This document shows positions 63,443 to 64,000 of a stretch of DNA of 64,000 bases, piece by piece. This DNA is from Actinomycetota bacterium. GTDB taxonomy: Bacteria > Actinomycetota > Acidimicrobiia > Acidimicrobiales > Ilumatobacteraceae. The translations under genes were made by a program, and so were the position numbers. The stretch is from assembly GCA_039800005.1 (NCBI GenBank), contig JBDLRN010000064.1, positions 5,540-69,539 on the forward strand. Reading direction: 5' to 3'. Numbering within the stretch: position 1 is the first letter of the stretch; every line of letters starts with the position of its first letter. The notes beneath the pieces are model-generated. The model had not been told where the DNA came from and did no database searches. It was given only the letters and a program-made list of their open reading frames with translations.

Positions 63443-64000
63443 CGGCTCGGGTCGGGATGTCATCACGGCTCCCACCACCACGACGGCCATGCCGAGCAAG
63501 GCCCACCACGAAATGTGTTCGTCGCGAAACGAGACACCGAGGATCACGCTCACGATGGGTGTGAAGAAGTTGCCGATCATGCTGCGAACCGGACCGGCAC
63601 GACCGAGCAGGACGCCGTACACCGCGAAGGCCACGCCGGTACCGACCGCCCCCAGCACGAAGATCGAACTCCAAGCGCTCAGTGTGTGCTCGCTGCGGAA
63701 CATCGCCGGCACTCCGAGCGGGAGGGCCCACAGCACGGCTGCGAACTCGGTCCAGAACATGAGGCGCAACGATCCGTACTTCTCGCGCAGTGGCGCGGCG
63801 ATGTTGACCGCCGAGGCGTAGCACATCAGCGAGATCAGCAGCAGTGACACCCCCTTGACGTCGGCTGTCGGACCGTCGTCCTCGGCGTTGATCGACGAGA
63901 ACGAGATGACGGCGATGCCGACGAAACCGACCACGACAGCGACCATGCGATGAATCGACGGAACTCGTCGGGCCCACATCGCTGTCACCACCACGCCGAC
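63425..64000 (-). CDS. DMT/EamA-family transporter (C-terminal part; 5' end beyond the window)
   Basis: Hydrophobic ORF 63425..63994, open to the window end. The C-terminal half resembles EamA (...GVAFAVYGVLLGRAGPVRSMIGNFFTPIVSVILGV). Confidence 0.6.
   Translation of the reverse strand, partial: VGVVVTAMWARRVPSIHRMVAVVVGFVGIAVISFSSINAEDDGPTADVKGVSLLLISLMCYASAVNIAAPLREKYGSLRLMFWTEFAAVLWALPLGVPAMFRSEHTLSAWSSIFVLGAVGTGVAFAVYGVLLGRAGPVRSMIGNFFTPIVSVILGVSFRDEHISWWALLGMAVVVVGAVMTSRPEPAESGA

Overview
High-GC (roughly 65-70%) actinobacterial-type chromosome segment. The taxon call rests on mshA, GlnR, a type II glutamine synthetase and short-leader or leaderless gene starts; an Acidimicrobiia-like lineage is only an inference. 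The window is dominated by respiratory genes. One uninterrupted 21-gene plus-strand array (26.7-47.0 kb) joins an atypical cytochrome bc-type cluster to a complete 14-gene nuoA-N operon. The bc-type cluster consists of a TM protein, a 2x[4Fe-4S] ferredoxin, a b6-type split cytochrome b, subunit IV, a Rieske protein and a dihaem cytochrome c. A second, 11-gene nuo cluster (51.7-62.4 kb) lacks nuoE/F/G and is followed directly by a MidA/NDUFAF7-type methyltransferase. Upstream lie several other modules:
- a CsoR-like/MBL pair and Fe-S carrier genes;
- a nitrogen module (glnR, GSI glnA, GSII glnII, nadE) with a GlnR-box-like site;
- an mshA-ybjN-proC block preceded by an RsiG-like protein that carries the c-di-GMP signature;
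- rex and a MenJ-like reductase.
Non-coding signals include a four-copy palindromic REP/MITE-like repeat family at gene 3' ends, one canonical terminator, a candidate small RNA or leader in an AT-rich island, and recurrent TAGCGT -10 boxes 6-9 nt from start codons. By eye I found no rRNA, tRNA, CRISPR array, transposase or integrase. All functional calls come from motif recognition in the supplied ORF translations; no database search was run. The many long antisense ORFs are treated as high-GC shadow frames.
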